DNA from: Basidiobolus meristosporus CBS 931.73
Lineage: Eukaryota; Fungi; Basidiobolomycota
DNA length: 64,000 nucleotides
NCBI GenBank assembly: GCA_002104905.1
Contig: MCFE01000152.1
Coordinates: 1-64,000 of the forward strand
Reading direction: 5' to 3'
Shown one piece after another: positions 62,560 to 64,000 of this stretch (positions are counted from its first letter, which is position 1; every line of letters begins with the position of its first letter). The notes below the pieces were generated by a model. It was not told where the DNA came from and searched no databases. It was given only the letters and a program-made list of their open reading frames with translations. The position numbers were made by a program, and so were the translations under genes.

Positions 62560-64000
62560 CCTATACTGGTGACCAGGTTTTACATAGGGCATTTAAGCTA
62601 AATGAGCCCTTTGAGATACTGGAGACATTTGAAAAAACTGGCATGACATTACAGAGTATCTGCTACTGTAAGTATATCTTACAAGCTCCAATCAACATTG
62701 ATACACATATTCATCTATGCAAGTAAAAGGACTGGATGAACTGGATATATATTTATTCAAGTGGCCTTCTGATGCAATTTCTACAAGGAGCAAATTGAAA
62801 GCATTGGGAGTCATATGCAGACATTGTAGGAATACTTATCCAGAAACAGATCACCAATGGCAACTTGATGCATCTACAGCTTTTATGCAAAGCATCTGTA
62901 ACAGTATTTGAGCAGCTATACTACAAACATATAGCTGAACACATAGATCTCTGCCGCTACTGTATCCATTTGCTACTCCATCTTGCTTGATGTGCTGAGT
63001 ATATTGGGCTTGCTTCACCTTTTGGGAGTTTCCTATGGAGCAGGTGTGTGTGGTGATAGGAAGACAAGTCAAGTTGCAGGTACTACTGTACCCCAATCTC
63101 ATCAAGAATATTACCTTCAAGTCTGTGATGGATGTGATGAGTTGGCACATGGAGGACAGCCAGGAAGAGTTGCAAAATACAGAGGACAGATATGCACATG
63201 GTGACACCTCTGCCTGTGGCATTAAGAAGCTAAGCAGCCCCTATGTGTGGATAATCAGTTGAGTAATGCAAAGTTGGGTTGGGTGCAACAAGCAACAAAT
63301 TCCTATTAGGAATACTCTACCAAAGTATGCCAGGTTCCTCTTGGTCACAAGCCCATTTCTACATTGTTCAATACAGAATTCACACAAACAAGAGCCAGAG
63401 TGCACCTATAAGGGGGACTAGAATCCAGCAGGGAGAAGGAATATATTAGCTAAATACCAGGAAGTTTTTTGTTTGATATTCAGGAGGTATTTATGGCAGA
63501 AGTGGTGGCAACCATTCATATGTTTGCAAGATGTATATATTACCAACTATACAAGGTATATGACAACTTTGCAAGTATCACACTAAAAAGCTGTAAAGTA
63601 GAGGCAATAGAAGTATGTCAACTGTGGCAGGTGTGCAGGTTTGTAGAGGTTAGTAGGCAGGAGGCCATGGTATTTATAGATTTTGGCTATATGTGGAATA
63701 CCCATTGTAGTAGTGGGTAAGCAAATAAAGAGGGGTGATTCTACAATGGAATATATGAAATGCACAAGGGGAGGTTTAAAAGGAAGTACTATTGAGTACA
63801 TTGGTAGGGTTGAATTGCACAGAACTAGCTATAGGCCACCTCACTGCCAATATAACAGCATCAGAGGCGTGCTAAGAGGCTGTCAAAATACAGTTAATTT
63901 TTCTACTATACAAGGCAATTGGATGTACTGGGGTGTTATATACACTCAAATAGTCATAGAGCACACTATGACTGCAACAATGACATGCTATGCTTAGCAA
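62560..64000 (+). mobile_element. CACTA transposase C-terminal fragment (copy U), inverted relative to W
   Basis: Roughly 85-90% identical to the reverse complement of about 56710-57900 (QVKLQVL.YPNL.KNITFKSVMDVMSW.MEDSQEELQNTEDR..KKLSSPYVWIIS; CGIPIVVVGKQI). Confidence 0.88.

Noticed and set aside
26343-64000. Recurrent in-frame TGA/TAA/TAG in TE proteins as recoding (selenocysteine or readthrough)
   Set aside because: Stops differ between copies and fit CGA-to-TGA, CAA-to-TAA and TGG-to-TAG/TGA decay, accompanied by frameshifts.
1-64000. rRNA, tRNA or CRISPR arrays
   Set aside because: None recognised. The repeats seen are LTRs, TE copies or inverted arms, not repeat-spacer arrays.

Overview
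Fungal genomic DNA: short 59-76 nt GT-AG introns with CTRAC branch points and a velvet gene. An early-diverging lineage is plausible, but that is inference only. The window has two sharply different halves. (1) About 1-24.4 kb is gene-rich with normal CpG content. It holds an Lsi2-like ArsB/NhaD-family transporter (4 exons), a small hydrophilic protein, a bestrophin-like/UPF0187 channel, a group-I/Gi-like G-alpha (5 exons), an alpha-arrestin with PPxY motifs, and a 5-exon velvet-domain gene that the ORF track fails to assemble (it shows only exon 1). Two tandem genes follow, each with a long disordered N-terminus and an identically spaced CsbD-like C-terminal motif. (2) About 25.1-64 kb is a nearly CpG-free transposon graveyard with no host genes. 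It holds four Ty1/Copia family-1 pieces (half-tRNA-iMet PBS, one tandem shared-LTR copy with a duplicated U5 end), a second Copia family, two Ty3/Gypsy remnants, solo LTRs (one with a perfect 5-bp TSD), a DDE_Tnp_4 (ISL2EU/Harbinger-like) remnant, a 370-bp foldback element, and many fragments of one CACTA/EnSpm family whose transposase and second ORF sit head-to-head. Copy comparisons show CpG decay on both strands. No rRNA, tRNA or CRISPR array was recognised. Splice models were built by hand; identity values are by-eye estimates and TE fragment ends are approximate.
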